A stretch of 64,000 nucleotides of DNA from Azolla caroliniana (taxonomy: Eukaryota; Plantae; Polypodiophyta). The notes under the pieces were generated by a model, which was not told the origin of the DNA, ran no database searches, and saw only the letters and a list, made by a program, of their open reading frames with translations. The position numbers and the translations under genes are program-made. Positions 49,166 through 60,771 of this stretch are shown one piece after another; position 1 is the first letter of the stretch, and each line of letters begins with the position of its first letter. The DNA lies in assembly GCA_043228905.1 (NCBI GenBank), contig JBHGNT010000001.1, positions 26,536,001 through 26,600,000 of the forward strand. The letters are read 5' to 3'.

Positions 49166-49926
49166 TGTTGGGAACTTGACGTTCCTTATGTCCGACGCTC
49201 GGCCACAACCGAGATTCTTTACATACACAGCAAAACAGGTAATTAAAACGCGACACAAAAGAGGAGAAATGGTGCACAGGAGGTATACGTGGAAAACCCC
49301 CAAAAATTAGGGGGAAAAAACCACGGCAGCCCACAAGCTGCAAACTGTCACTATGCAGAAGTATACAGCAATGAGATCACTGAGGCAACGACCTCGTGCT
49401 CTCAGATCTTCGCCACAGGCGGCGGTTACAACAGAGGCAGGCAACGACCTCGTCTCTCTCTCTCTCTCTCTTTCTGTACAGTTACGCGCTCTGATTTCTT
49501 CTTGCACCAACAAGAAGGAATAATAATAACAAAAACGACAACAACTACAAGTTTGCCCTAAGTCATATTTATACTAATATGACTTTTTGGCTATTTACAA
49601 ATGTAGCCTCGATGGGCTCCATCCGGCTCTCCGCAGTCGGGTACTCCTCATCCGGTTCATACCGGGTCCACACCATCCGACTCTCTGCCGTCGGGTTCTC
49701 CTCATCCGGTTCATACCGGGCCTACACCATCCGACTCTCTGCAGTCGGGTTCTCCTCATCCGGTTCATACCGGGCCTACACCATCCGACTCTCTGCAGTC
49801 GGGTTCTCCTCATCCGATTCATACCGGGCCTACACCATCCGACTCTCTGAAGTCGGGTTCTCCCCATCCGGTTCATACCGTTTCGGCCGAGGCCGCTTTC
49901 CATCCGGAGGGACCTGTCTACCAACA
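49166..49926 (-). mobile_element. Copia-family solo LTR in pol of J, TSD tgttc/ttttc
   Basis: TG..CA; shares ttgccctaagtcatatttata and acgtggaaaaccc blocks with the reverse complement of the Copia LTR; host MKEEQEELL restored on removal. Confidence 0.92.
49617..49878. repeat. ~5 copies of a 54-bp tandem repeat in the solo LTR U3
   Basis: Unit caccatccgactctctgcagtcgggttctcctcatccggttcataccgggccta. Confidence 0.93.
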
Positions 49927-52900
49927 TTTTCTTCCTTCATCGCTACCACCCGGAGCGGGACGCCGTTCCTCTTCTTCGGGTCCTTCCGTAAGTATCCGTC
50001 CCGGAGAAAGAATCGGTATGCTTTCTTCCGGATCCGGTTTGCCTCGTCCCTCGTCCATGACGCATCCGGCTTCATCGTCCTTAAAAACCCACCGATCTGG
50101 AGCCACTCGCCGTCGTACTTGCTCTCGTCGAAGTCGTTAAGTGCCGCAGTGCTCGTCCCATCGGCCGTTACGTATGCTGCCTCGAAGAAGTCCACGCCGA
50201 CTTCTTCGTCCTCCGAAACCATGCCGCCCTCGTCATCAAACCTTGCCCTCGAAAGCATGTCGGCCATGGCGTTGTCCTTTCCAGAAATGTGCCGTATTTC
50301 CGGGTCCAAGGACTTGATGTACGCTGTCCACCGGAGCATCGCCAGGTCCGGTGTCGCGCATCCGGAAACCATGCCGAGAATCGGCAGGCAATCCGTCTCG
50401 ATAACCACTTCTGTCCCGATCAGGAAATCTTTGTCGGCCTTTACTGCCGAAACGATACCCCATAGTTCGCGTTTAACCTGGGCGTACCCTCGTTGTCGTT
50501 CACTGAGGACCTTCGCGCCGAATCGGATCAGGAACCGAATGCCGTTCTTGTCCTCTTGGTTGACGACCCATCCGATCCCGGTCGGACTCGTATCCAATGT
50601 TATGTATACCGGGGTACCCTTCCCGTAGAAAGCCTTCTGGAGCGCCGGTGCTGCCGCAAGAGCTTCCTTCAGCTTCCGGACCGACTCCGTGTGCTCGTCT
50701 CGCCACTCGAATTTTCGCCCTTTCTTCAGCAACCCGTATAGCGGCTCCGCAATGTGGGCGTAATGCGGGATCCATATGTGGTAGAATGCGCATGCCCCCA
50801 GGAACCTCCGAACTTCCGTAACCGAGCTGCAGTCGATCTTCATCACGGAGATGGCTTCTACCTTTGCCGGAGACGGCTTCCGGCCATATGGTCCACATAG
50901 GTGTCCGACCACCAGGATTTCTGATTGCCCGAAGGCCGATTTCTCCCCGGAGAAGGTAAGCCTCGCATCCTCTAGCCTTTGTAGCACCTTCTCGCAGTCG
51001 TCGATGTGTGTTGCCACGAATCGCCGGCATCCGTCCGGTCCGAGTGTTGCGTCCCTCTCTTCTACCGGGCACCCCTTGATCGGAATGTCGTCTAGAAATG
51101 GCATGGTGATGTCCGGGATGCAATCCCTCAGTACCTTGTTCATTGCATTCACCATGTGGGCCACCGAGTTGGTCCCTCCTTGTGGCAGGGTACACATTCG
51201 CACTAGGCCGAGTGGAGTTCGCATCGTCGTAATTTCTCTGCTCTCCACGGCTAGCTGGAACTGGTCGTACCCCGAGTACAGATCACCGACCGAGTAAATC
51301 GACCTTCCGGCGAAAGCCTCCGCGAACTCGTCTATGGTCGGTCCGATTCCTGCGTTCCGAATGGTCACTCTGTTGACCGGCTGCAGGTCCTGAATGAAGC
51401 GCAATGTTCCGTTTTTCTTTGGTACGGTAAACCATCGGTTCGAGTATGGCGCGCTCGACGGTTCGAGAATACCTATATCGACTTTCTGCCTCAGTAGCTC
51501 CATCAACTCCGGGATGTGAGCTCTTGGTACCGGAATCGGCTTGAGATTCCACGGCACATGAGGTACCGTGAATATCACCATCGGCTCCACGATTGTCGGG
51601 TCTACGCACCCGATCTCTTCCGGCGAGAATGCGAAGGCTTTCCCATGCCTTCCGAGCATTCTCCGAAACCGGTCTTCCTCCGCCGGCAGTAGGAACCCGC
51701 CCCCACCGATCTTGAGCTCCCGGAGCATCCCGTCGGTGAAGGTGTGTCCTATGCAGGCCGGATCTCGTAAACTGGGGTCCGACACCACACCTCTGATTCG
51801 GGACTCGCTGCCCTCCGGCAAGGGTGCCGCGATTGGCCTTACCTTCCGGTCCACAGTCTTGTACTTCGTGCTAACTCGGGCCGTCCGATCCGACCCGAGC
51901 CCCCGACTGAAGTTCGCGATGACTTCGTACATCTCTTCAGAACATACCGGTATCATCCAGTCTTCGTTAAGGTCTTCTCCAGCCACCTTCCTCAGTATTC
52001 CCAAGGTGTCGTCGAAGGAGACCGCCTCCATGGCTCCGCTGATTTCCTCGTTCGGGCCGAGAACTCCGCACGCTCGAAGTCGCACTTCCGCCCTTGCCTT
52101 TTCTCGGCCAATGATGCCGACTAACATACACCCTCCGTCGCCGTAGCAGTAAAATCCCTTTCTTATCGTACAGGTGTGGGGTCTTTCCCCAGTGTCCGGA
52201 CTGCCTCGGCCCCACGCCTTGGCAGCCCTCTCTAAAAATCCTCTCGGTTTTCGCCACCGAGGGATTCGCGGTTTCGCTCGTGGTTCGGCCGCACCGTCAG
52301 AAATTGGACCGAATGGCGCCCGTCCTGGCTTTTGACCCTCGCGTAGGCCGAACCGTTGTCCAGCACCTTGGTCTCCATTCGCGCCGCCATGATGTATGGT
52401 TCCCCTAATATGACCGGGTGCGAGGACATCTCCTATACGAAGAAGTGTTGGTCAATCTCGACGTCGCCGATCTTGACTCGCACGTTCGGGCAGGCCCCGT
52501 GCAGTTCCTCGGTGGCGCGCGTCGCCGCCCGTATCTTCCACCCGTGCTTGGTGTTGATCGGCCACTTCCCCTTCTTGTAGAAGTCCATGGACATCAGATT
52601 TATTTCCGAACCGTGGTCCACCAGTGCCACCACCGGTTCCTGAACCTCTCCGATCTTTACCGGGGTCTCCGTGGTCGCTCGGGCCCAGTGCGGCCTCGAA
52701 TAGTGGCTCTCCGCCCACTCGTCTTCCATCGCCATGTCGTCGATGTGCGTCGTCTGCACCTCCACCGGTCTTTCCGGTTCCGTCTCCGTCGACAGCCTCT
52801 TCCGTTTCACCAGGTCCACAATGGAGTCGTGGAATTCCTTCTTGGCGATCCCTAGCACCTCTCGCAATGACAGCTCCACTTTGCTGTCGAGGATCCGTTC

Positions 52901-55034
52901 CTCTAGGACCTTCCGTAGGTCCGTAGTCCTTTCTATTTCCATCCCCAGTCGGTATCCGCCCTTCCTGGGGTTATCTTGCGAGCTGGACCCGCCGGCATCA
53001 TTCCGTCGTTGCCCGAATCAGGTCTCGTACCGTTGTGAAGGCCCGGCCGCTCCGGCTTTCCCCACTCGTTTGTCTTCTACCATAGCCTCGTAGTTCTGGC
53101 AGGCGGCTTCTACGAAGCCCGTCTTCTCCTCGACCGGATCGCTCCACCCGGTTATTTCCCGGACCCGTCTCTCAGCGCGGTCCGCTTCATCTTTCTTCAG
53201 TCGTGCGCCGGCAAGACCTTCCAGCATTGCCGACCAGAATCCGTCTTTGCCCTCCTTTCGGGCCTCGCTGCCCCCGACCCGAATGCCGGCCGACGCCGAG
53301 TAGTGGATGGCCTCCACGTGTCGGGCCACTGCCTCTTCCATCAGTCTCTTCATACCTCCTCGCCCGTCGTTTCGGTTTAGGGCCCTTCTGGTATCGCCGG
53401 CATGCACCCAGCCTTCCCACAGGTACACCACCCGGTTCCTCAACGCCTCCGCGAAATCGCTGCAGGCCTTCCGAATGTGGCCGACCTCGTCGCACCACAT
53501 GCACCTGTTCCCCGCTGCCGGCCGTCGGTCACGAGTCGGTTCGCCGCCTTCCCTTCGAGTCTGGGCGATCTGGAGATCCTTTATCGCCCGCGTCAACTCC
53601 TCCAGCGCTGCTCCTCCGGACGAGCCATTGACCATGCCGGTCGAAGCCGGACCGGTTTCGAGCCATTCCCGGGTTTCTTCCCTTCGCACTTGCGGTGCCG
53701 GTTCAAGCCTCCTTGCTATAACAGAGCCCGCACCGGCCGCCCCGTTGTCAGCCCATTCTCGCCGTTTGTCGAAACGGCCACAGACTCTCTTAACCGCAGC
53801 CCAGTCGGTTGTCAGCCCGTCTTCGGTTTCCAGCAAGGAGCCGACTTGATCCCGGTCCCGCTCGTCCACCGACTTGACGAACAGTAGGACCCGGCTCGTA
53901 TCCAGAATGGTTCGGTAAAGCGCCGAAAGGCGCGCAAAGCGTTCTTCGAACTCCCGGAGGAGTGCCGGCGCGTTTCTTCCCTTGCCAAGGGACTCCACCC
54001 ATTCCATGAAGTCTCGTTTCGAAAGCCGGAGCGCGTCGTCCAACCCGTATTTTTCCAGGAGTCGGCCTTCGAACTCCTCCCAGGTACGGCTCTCCGCCCG
54101 CACCTCGAGCACCTCCGCATGGATGCTCGGCATCGCCACTCGAGGAAACCCGGCAAGGCGCCTCTCTTCCGGAATATCCCGCATCAGCATTTCTGCCCCG
54201 TAGGACGCCAAATACTTCGTGGCATCCTTTCCGCTGAACCGGCCGATCGTACCGACGACCGCCTCAATGGCTCTGTCGAGGGCGCCGGTGCCCTCGCGTG
54301 CACTCAATATTCGATCCACGGCCGAATCCATGGCCTCCGCAAGATCCGACCCTTTCATCTTCTGCTCTTCTGCCGCCTCTTTCACGTCGGGTTCACCAAG
54401 ATGTCGAGGTATTCCTCGCGGATGCGTGGAATGAGGCGGGACCTCAGGGGTCCTGTACCGAAGAGCAAGAGAGAAAGGACAAGAGACCCACTACGTGCGA
54501 GCGTAGATTCATAGGGACACGGCCCTTCGACACAAAGACGCGAGTGGGACAGCGACTCAGAGAGACACGAATGTATGTATGTATTAACAAAGACAACAAC
54601 AAGAACACAGGAGCAACAAAAACACGAAGTCGGTTACAACCGAACAAGCCGGCGAACAGATGCCGATGCCTGTTCGTAAACGCACAGAAAGACAGGAGCA
54701 GGTTGGAGGTGCTGCCGGAAGCACTCGGGCATTCCTCAGAGCAACGCGAGCCTCCCGAAACCTGCACAGAAGGGAGCTATGGAGTTTGCGAACCAGAGAG
54801 AGAGAGAGAGGCCTTCGCACGCAAACTGACAGCACTTCGTCCTCGACTCTCCGCAATCCCCTTCTGTTCTCATCTCCCTCCTTTTTATAGGCAAGGAAGA
54901 AGCCGTTTCCCCTTTACTTCCTACCCACTAAATCTACCCGCCTAGGATCTTCTATGGACAACATTCGAGAAGAGCCGGTTCCTACGCTCATGTGCACCGA
55001 TTCCGCTTGTGGACGGTTTTCTTCACGACAACGT

Positions 55035-55511
55035 ATATATATATATACATATAGAGGGAAGAATACATTCCCGGCGTCGAGCCGGACTGAGGTAGGTTAC
55101 AGTAGTCGTCTGCTGTCAAGCCGCCGTCGGGGAGCTCTCAGCTCGTCGCGCCGAGCGGGGTCTTGCACAGGAGGCCGAACCAAAGCAAACCCTAAGCAAA
55201 ACATGAAGAAGGAGAAGAAGAAGAAGAAGAACCTAACTCTAAACCTAACGGTATACCCTCTAGTGCAAAATGGGCAACCCTTACACAAAGGGCATTCCCT
55301 TCCTTTTATAGAACAAGGAAGGGGATGCGTTACAATGTGGCACAATCCCGACTTACATGGGATCGTCTGTTCCCGACTTGACTACTCTTCGGCGCCATAA
55401 AGGCGCCCTCGATATTCACACTAAATGTACACGGGTGCGTACACACGCAGCACCCCGCCGATGTAGCCAATGTTTCCCGGTTTCCGCCTCTGGCCGAAAT
55501 TCTTCACGACA
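55035..55511 (-). mobile_element. Partial LTR (U3 side) of another Trp-family element, host of J
   Basis: Ends ..tttccgcctctggccgaaattcttcacgaca like other family LTRs; antisense TATA at ccttttatag ~55302; flanked by acgc. Confidence 0.8.
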
Positions 55512-55680
55512 ACGCGACTCGATCTTAGTTATTCGGTCGGCCTACTTAGCCAATTCATGCAGAATCCGCGAAACCTTCATCTTGATTGCGCTAAGAGGAT
55601 ACTCCGGTATGTCTGTACTACGATGGATTACGGTATTATGTATAAGTCAAATACGACCATTCGACTCGAAGGATACACAG
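55512..55680 (+). pseudogene. Fragment of a Copia RT/RNase H junction (host of adjacent insertions)
   Basis: TRLDLSYSVGLLSQFMQNP..HLDCAKRILRYV..LEGYT aligns by eye with TRPDIGYAVGVVSRYMSNP..HWNAVKWILRYL..LDGFTD of the intact Copia. Confidence 0.85.
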
Positions 55681-55828
55681 TGTCATGAATCCGTGAACAT
55701 TATGTGGCTTCACTTGGGTTTGAACCCAAGACCTTGTAATACATAATCAAGAACCTAACCATTAAGATAACATATGATTATATAAAATAATAAAAGCTAC
55801 TTCTTGTAATAGACTGATATTGTAAATG

Positions 55829-55925
55829 TTCTAGAACATCCTAGAACATCTTAGAATATTCTAGGTCTAGAACATTCTAGAACATTATAGAAATCACTAG
55901 GTTATTCTATAGGAACCTATAAATA
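55829..55925 (+). promoter_or_regulatory. Heat-shock-element-like cluster and TATA box in the K LTR
   Basis: Repeated ctagaacat units including perfect GAAcaTTCtaGAA at 55870-55882; tataaata at 55918-55925. Confidence 0.65.
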
Positions 55926-56121
55926 TGGACATACAATTCTTCTCAAAACCAATTCGAATCAACACCAGTCTTAAGCTCTCATCGCCTATCTTGTATCCAT
56001 TCTTATTCTACTTTAATACATTCATTCTTCTCTTATCATTTCATTCCTCTTCTTGTTATCTCTTTATATCTTTCTTCTATCACTTTACCTTCTCTCTTGG
56101 TTCTGACAGTTTGATTCAAAT

Positions 56122-59100
56122 TGTTAACCGTTCTGTTGGAAACACCTTCGATATGCCTACAAGCTATTGGTATCAAGGGAAGTGAACGTGAAGACTTGTG
56201 CACGGAGGCATCGTTAGGGGAAGAAAATGGAGAGCCTACCCGGAATAGAGCCTGGGTCGTATACGTAGTTGAGACCTTAGAAACGACGGCACACAGATGA
56301 AAACCACAAGAGCTAATAGATATGTATTACTGCAAACAGTTAGCGATGATTACAAAAACACGGCCCATAGCCAGTGACCTTACAAAGCTCTTATATCTAT
56401 GAAACGACCTTGCCTAGGCTCTAGATATCTCTCCCATGCCGAGGTATGCAGACCTCGGTTTATATACTTTTTCTTCATACAGAGCCAAGCGGTCGGCTGA
56501 TTGTGAGGCTCAAAACTCGGCGTTTTACCTAACTCTACCTTACCTACTCACCTTACCTACCGGCGTATTCCATTTAACTAATTTATATTTTTGGCCTATG
56601 GACAACACCTGGCACGCCCGTGGGATAGGACTTTGTCTGTCGGACCCACGGTTCACCATGGATTTGGCAAAACAACACGAATTACAAAATTTGCTCATTC
56701 CTACAAGGGCTTAGAAGTTGGTTTTATTCTTCTTCCAATATGCCGAGGATATGCTCGGGGGTGTGGGGTTGGGCTGGTTGCTCGGCATGTGGGGTTGGTG
56801 ATGGCGGTTGTGTTGCCGAGTCGGGGATGGCAATGTCGTCGTGTGTGCCCTCCTCTGTTGGGACCGATTCAGGCAGGGTCAGGGTTATAGTCTGTGGCTC
56901 CGGTGGGATGTGGACGTCTGTAGGGGCAGGTTCCTATTGATTCAGGCGGAGTTTATGACAGGTAGCCTCGCTGATGACATTCACGCCAGAGCCGTCATCG
57001 ATTATGCACCCGTGCAGGTCCCTTCCTTTAATCATAATTTTTATGGTTGGATTCTGCGCATCCATGAGGGGTGGACCCATTCCTGGCTCGGTCAGGTGCA
57101 CAGGTGGCGCAATGGAATGGGTGTTGGCCGTAAGTGTAGCCAAGGTGTCCCGAAAACGCGGCATGAGTGGTAAGAGTTTATGCAGAGGCAAGGAGATCCT
57201 GGAATTGGTAAGGGCGTCCCATAGCTGGTCATCTTCTGTCGACGTGGATGGTGTCGAGGACTGTGTTGCTCCAATGGTTGCGTCTCCCATTTCTGTTTGC
57301 ATTCGCACCACATTGTTTTTGTTGGTCGTATCCATCCATTCTTTGGTTGCTTGTTGGACTTCATCCTGTACTTTCCATGGGGTAGCCTGGGCTTTGCTGC
57401 GTGTTGTGACATTTTGCATGTCGGCCATAATACTATTCACGGCAGGAGCCTTTCGGCAGTCTGTTGTTGGGCATTGCGTAGCGTAGTGACCGGGTTGGTT
57501 GCACTTGAAGCAGGTAACGTCGGCCGAGTTGTTGGTGCCAGCCCGATCTGTGTGCGGGGGGGGTGCGGTTGATTCCCGGCCTCGTGTGTTGGTGGGTTGG
57601 TCCAAGGCTTGTTCAAGCTGCGCAGTTCATTGTGCGGGGGATCCTGACGACGGTTGTCGTTATTCCTTCTGTTATTGCGCGATCCTCGGTGAGAGTTGCG
57701 CCGATCATTACGGGAATTTCTTTGATCGTATCGGTCATCCCGATCATCTTCATTCCGATCATAATCGTGGTTTGCCCGATACTGGTCATCGTGATAGCAA
57801 TCACGGCGGTCGTCCGATCTCCGTCGGTTGTCGTTTCAGTAACGGTCGTCGTCCCGACGATAATCGTCGTTACGGCGCCATCTATCCGGCGATCGGGGTC
57901 GTTGGTTATCCTGGTTCCGGTAGGATTGTCGCTCGTCCTGACGAGAGTATGTATCCCTAGGCTCGATCTGGCGAACCGGGGCCGTCGTTGTGCGGTTGAG
58001 CATATTGTATTCACAGTGCTCAACAGTGTGAGATCGGGACTGGCAGATCGGACAGTGGCTGGTGAGGACATTCGAGGGCCAGATGGCCCGATCCCGAGCA
58101 AACTGTGCATTAGAGGGCTTGGCGGAAGCGATTGTCCTCCTGGGGAGGGCGCTTTGCAATGAACTCATAGAGAAAGTCGTGCTTTGCTGAGTCCGATCGA
58201 GGGCGAGGACGTGCGTTATGACTTGCTCGATCGTTTGGTTGGCAAAATTAGTAAGTGCAAGAGTCGTCCATAGAGGCTCCCGTAGGCTGGACAGGAATGC
58301 GTCCGGAATGTGCTGTGCAGAGACATCGTTGGCCACTTGTCTGTAGAGATCCCAGAACCGGATCGTGAACTGTGCGACCGTCTCATGCGGTTCTTGTCAC
58401 ATGGAAAGAACTGTCGGAGCAATTCTCGTTTGGGCAACTCGCGATGGAACAGTTCTAGGAACTACGTGTGAATGTCGTGGAAGGTGACAAACTCCCTTCT
58501 GTCGAGGCCAGAATACCATCGCGCAGCTGGTCCATCGAGGGATAGTGTAAACTCGGCAATTTTTGAGGCCTCGATTTCGGCAGGCGAGAGTCGTTGTGTT
58601 GAGTGGTTGGCCTGCCAGGTGGACACGAAGGCACGGATGTGCGACTCCGCATCAGGGTTGTCGGTGTATCGTGGGTAAGGATACGACATGGTATCAAATT
58701 CGGGGTCTTCCGGAAAAGGGTTAGAGTCAGGGTGGGTGACCTCTAGAGGGCTTGGTGGAGAGGTTGGTGTGGACTCAACTCGCGGCCGAGTAGCAGGTGG
58801 CGAGGATTGCAACCGGTGAGCCTCCGATATTTCTGGGAAAGACTGATCCATGACTGCCAAGTCGGAAGTGCCTTCGACTGGCTCAGGGCGTCGGCCAGAT
58901 GGCCGAGACCGCTTGGTGCAATTGGGCGCCGTAATGGCGGCTGAAGGTTGTCTTCAATATAGTTCGTTGTGATCTCACAGTTGTAACCGGGCGTGCCAAA
59001 TTGTGTTAACCGTTCTGTTGGAAACACCTTCGATATGCCTACAAGCTATTGGTATCAAGGGAAGTGAACGTGAAGACTTGTGCACGGAGGCGTCGTTAGG

Positions 59101-59489
59101 AGAAGAAAACGGAGAGCCTACCCGGAATAGAGCCTGGGTCGTATACGTAGTTGAGACCTTAGAAACGACGGCACACAGATGAAAACAACAAGAGTTAATA
59201 GATATGTATTTCTGCAAACAGTTAGCAATGATTACAAAAACACGGCCCACAACCGGTGACCTTACAAAGCTCTTATATCTATGAAACGACCTCGCCTAGG
59301 CTCTAGATATCTCTCCCCTGCCGAGGTACGCAGACCTCGGTTTATATACTTTTTCTTCATACAGAGTCGAGCGGTCGGTTGACTGTGAGGCTCGAAACTC
59401 GGCATTTTACCTAACTCTACCTTACCTACTCGCCTTACCTACCGACGTATTCCATTTAACTAATTTATATTTTTGTCCTATGGACAACA
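56122..59489 (-). mobile_element. Element L: internally deleted tRNA-Arg-primed Gypsy (Tat/Athila-like), TSD CAAAT
   Basis: 486-bp LTRs 56122-56607 and 59004-59489; caaat at 56117-56121 and 59490-59494; minus-strand PBS 58986-58998; gag capsid, zinc knuckles and PR IIDDGSGVN; no RT, RH or IN. Confidence 0.93.
56710..58860 (-). pseudogene. gag-protease remnant of element L, fused to a short Pro-rich tail
   Basis: ORFs 58462-58860, 57836-58336 and 56934-57605; CPICQSRSHTVEHC and CFKCNQPGHYATQC knuckles. Confidence 0.85.
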
Positions 59490-59539
59490 CAAATTTCTTC
59501 TTCTCATCTAGCCTCTTCCACAAACACTAGTAAGTACCC

Positions 59540-60697
59540 ATGGTTGCTGGCAACCCACAAGAATACTTCGCCCTTGTTGTAGAAATGGAGAATCTCAAAA
59601 GCAAGTTTGCATCACTAGAGCTGGAGAATCAACGATTGCTTGAAGACCTACAGAAGGTTTTAGTAGAGAAGCAACAAATACATGACGAGTTTACACGAAG
59701 GGTTCAACAACTAGAGTCAACAAAAGTAGCTTTACAACAATTGAAAGTTGACAATCAAGGAGTTCTTAAGGAACCCAAAATCAGCCTCCCAGCTAAATTC
59801 GATGGGTCGAGAGCACATTTTCGAGGTTTTATAAATCAAGTGTGGTTGGTAATTCAGATGCATCCCACACGTTATCTGACGGATTCATCTCGAGTCGGGT
59901 TAGTGGGCACTTTATTGACTGGCACGGCATTGTCATGGTTTGCTCCATTGCTAGAAGCAAATTCTCCCCAACTCAACAACTTTGAAGAATTTATCAAAGA
60001 GTTTAAGGCTTGCTTCGGAGACACAGATAGTGTAAGAACGGCAATCAACAAGATTCGCACATTGCGACAAGGGGATCAACCAGCATCAACGTATGGAGCC
60101 AATTTTCGTCTCATTGCAAGTGATATTCCTTGGGACGAACAAGCTCTAATGGAGCAGTTTCGTTTGGGCCTCCGTGGAGATGTAAAAGATTTACTTCTTA
60201 CCTTCCCTGAGGATCCAAAATCCCTTACAGAAGCTATTAGCCGAGCAATATGGTGTGATAATCGGCTTTTTGAGCGTTGGTCCGAGCGACAACAAACAAG
60301 ATCAAGTTTTATGCCAACTTATGCATCAGTGATGGTACAATCTCCAAGGCAACAATATAGCCCCGTCCCAACTCCACGGCAAGCATGTAGCCCAACACCA
60401 ATGGATAGCCCGACACCGATAGAGATTGATATGACCTGGCGACGAGGACCTTTATCAGATGAAGAGAAACAACGTTGTCGAGCAAATAGACTATGCTTAT
60501 ATTGTGGAGGTCTAGGACATATTACCATTCATTGTCCACACAGACCGAGACATCAGGTACATCACATTAACTATGATAATAGAAATGAGTCTAGCATTAT
60601 TGATAATAGAAATGAGTCTAGCATTGTTGAAACTGTGCCAACTAGTATTTCTAGTAATCCAACTCTATCCAATAAGTTTGAGGTCCTAAGCCAATAA
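59540..60697 (+). CDS. Gag of Tcn1-like element K (coiled coil, Ty3/PEG10-type capsid, CCHC)
   Basis: EPKISLPAKFDG..LLTGTALSWF..LRQG..FRLGL; CLYCGGLGHITIHC; 27-bp tandem duplication (DNRNESSI x2). Confidence 0.88.
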   Translation: MVAGNPQEYFALVVEMENLKSKFASLELENQRLLEDLQKVLVEKQQIHDEFTRRVQQLESTKVALQQLKVDNQGVLKEPKISLPAKFDGSRAHFRGFINQVWLVIQMHPTRYLTDSSRVGLVGTLLTGTALSWFAPLLEANSPQLNNFEEFIKEFKACFGDTDSVRTAINKIRTLRQGDQPASTYGANFRLIASDIPWDEQALMEQFRLGLRGDVKDLLLTFPEDPKSLTEAISRAIWCDNRLFERWSERQQTRSSFMPTYASVMVQSPRQQYSPVPTPRQACSPTPMDSPTPIEIDMTWRRGPLSDEEKQRCRANRLCLYCGGLGHITIHCPHRPRHQVHHINYDNRNESSIIDNRNESSIVETVPTSISSNPTLSNKFEVLSQ

Positions 60698-60771
60698 GAG
60701 GAGTCAAACGAATAATTCCGGCCAAAATCGGAGCCGTTTGGTTGGATAGTCCTAGATCTGTATAGCCTAGT

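Larger units (their letters stand above)
47891..55030 (-). mobile_element. Element J: Trp-primed Gypsy closely related to E; 3' LTR reduced to 39 bp
   Basis: 5' LTR 54402-55030; PBS 54381-54398; gag-PR 54358-52232 (two stops); slip site 52235-52241; pol to 48003; PPT 47930+; LTR stub 47891-47929 identical to 54992-55030. Confidence 0.93.

Noticed and set aside
49579-50628. 349-aa plus-strand ORF with 18-aa repeats, possible env or novel gene
   Set aside because: It is made of a 54-bp LTR repeat fused to the antisense strand of J pol across an insertion junction.
57613-58110. Thr/Ile-rich 165-aa ORF and its antisense 199-aa ORF
   Set aside because: These are alternative frames of the R/D-rich low-complexity linker of element L gag.
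59540-60697. Domesticated PEG10/RTL-like host gene
   Set aside because: It sits between an LTR and a decayed pol within element K, so it is an ordinary retrotransposon gag.
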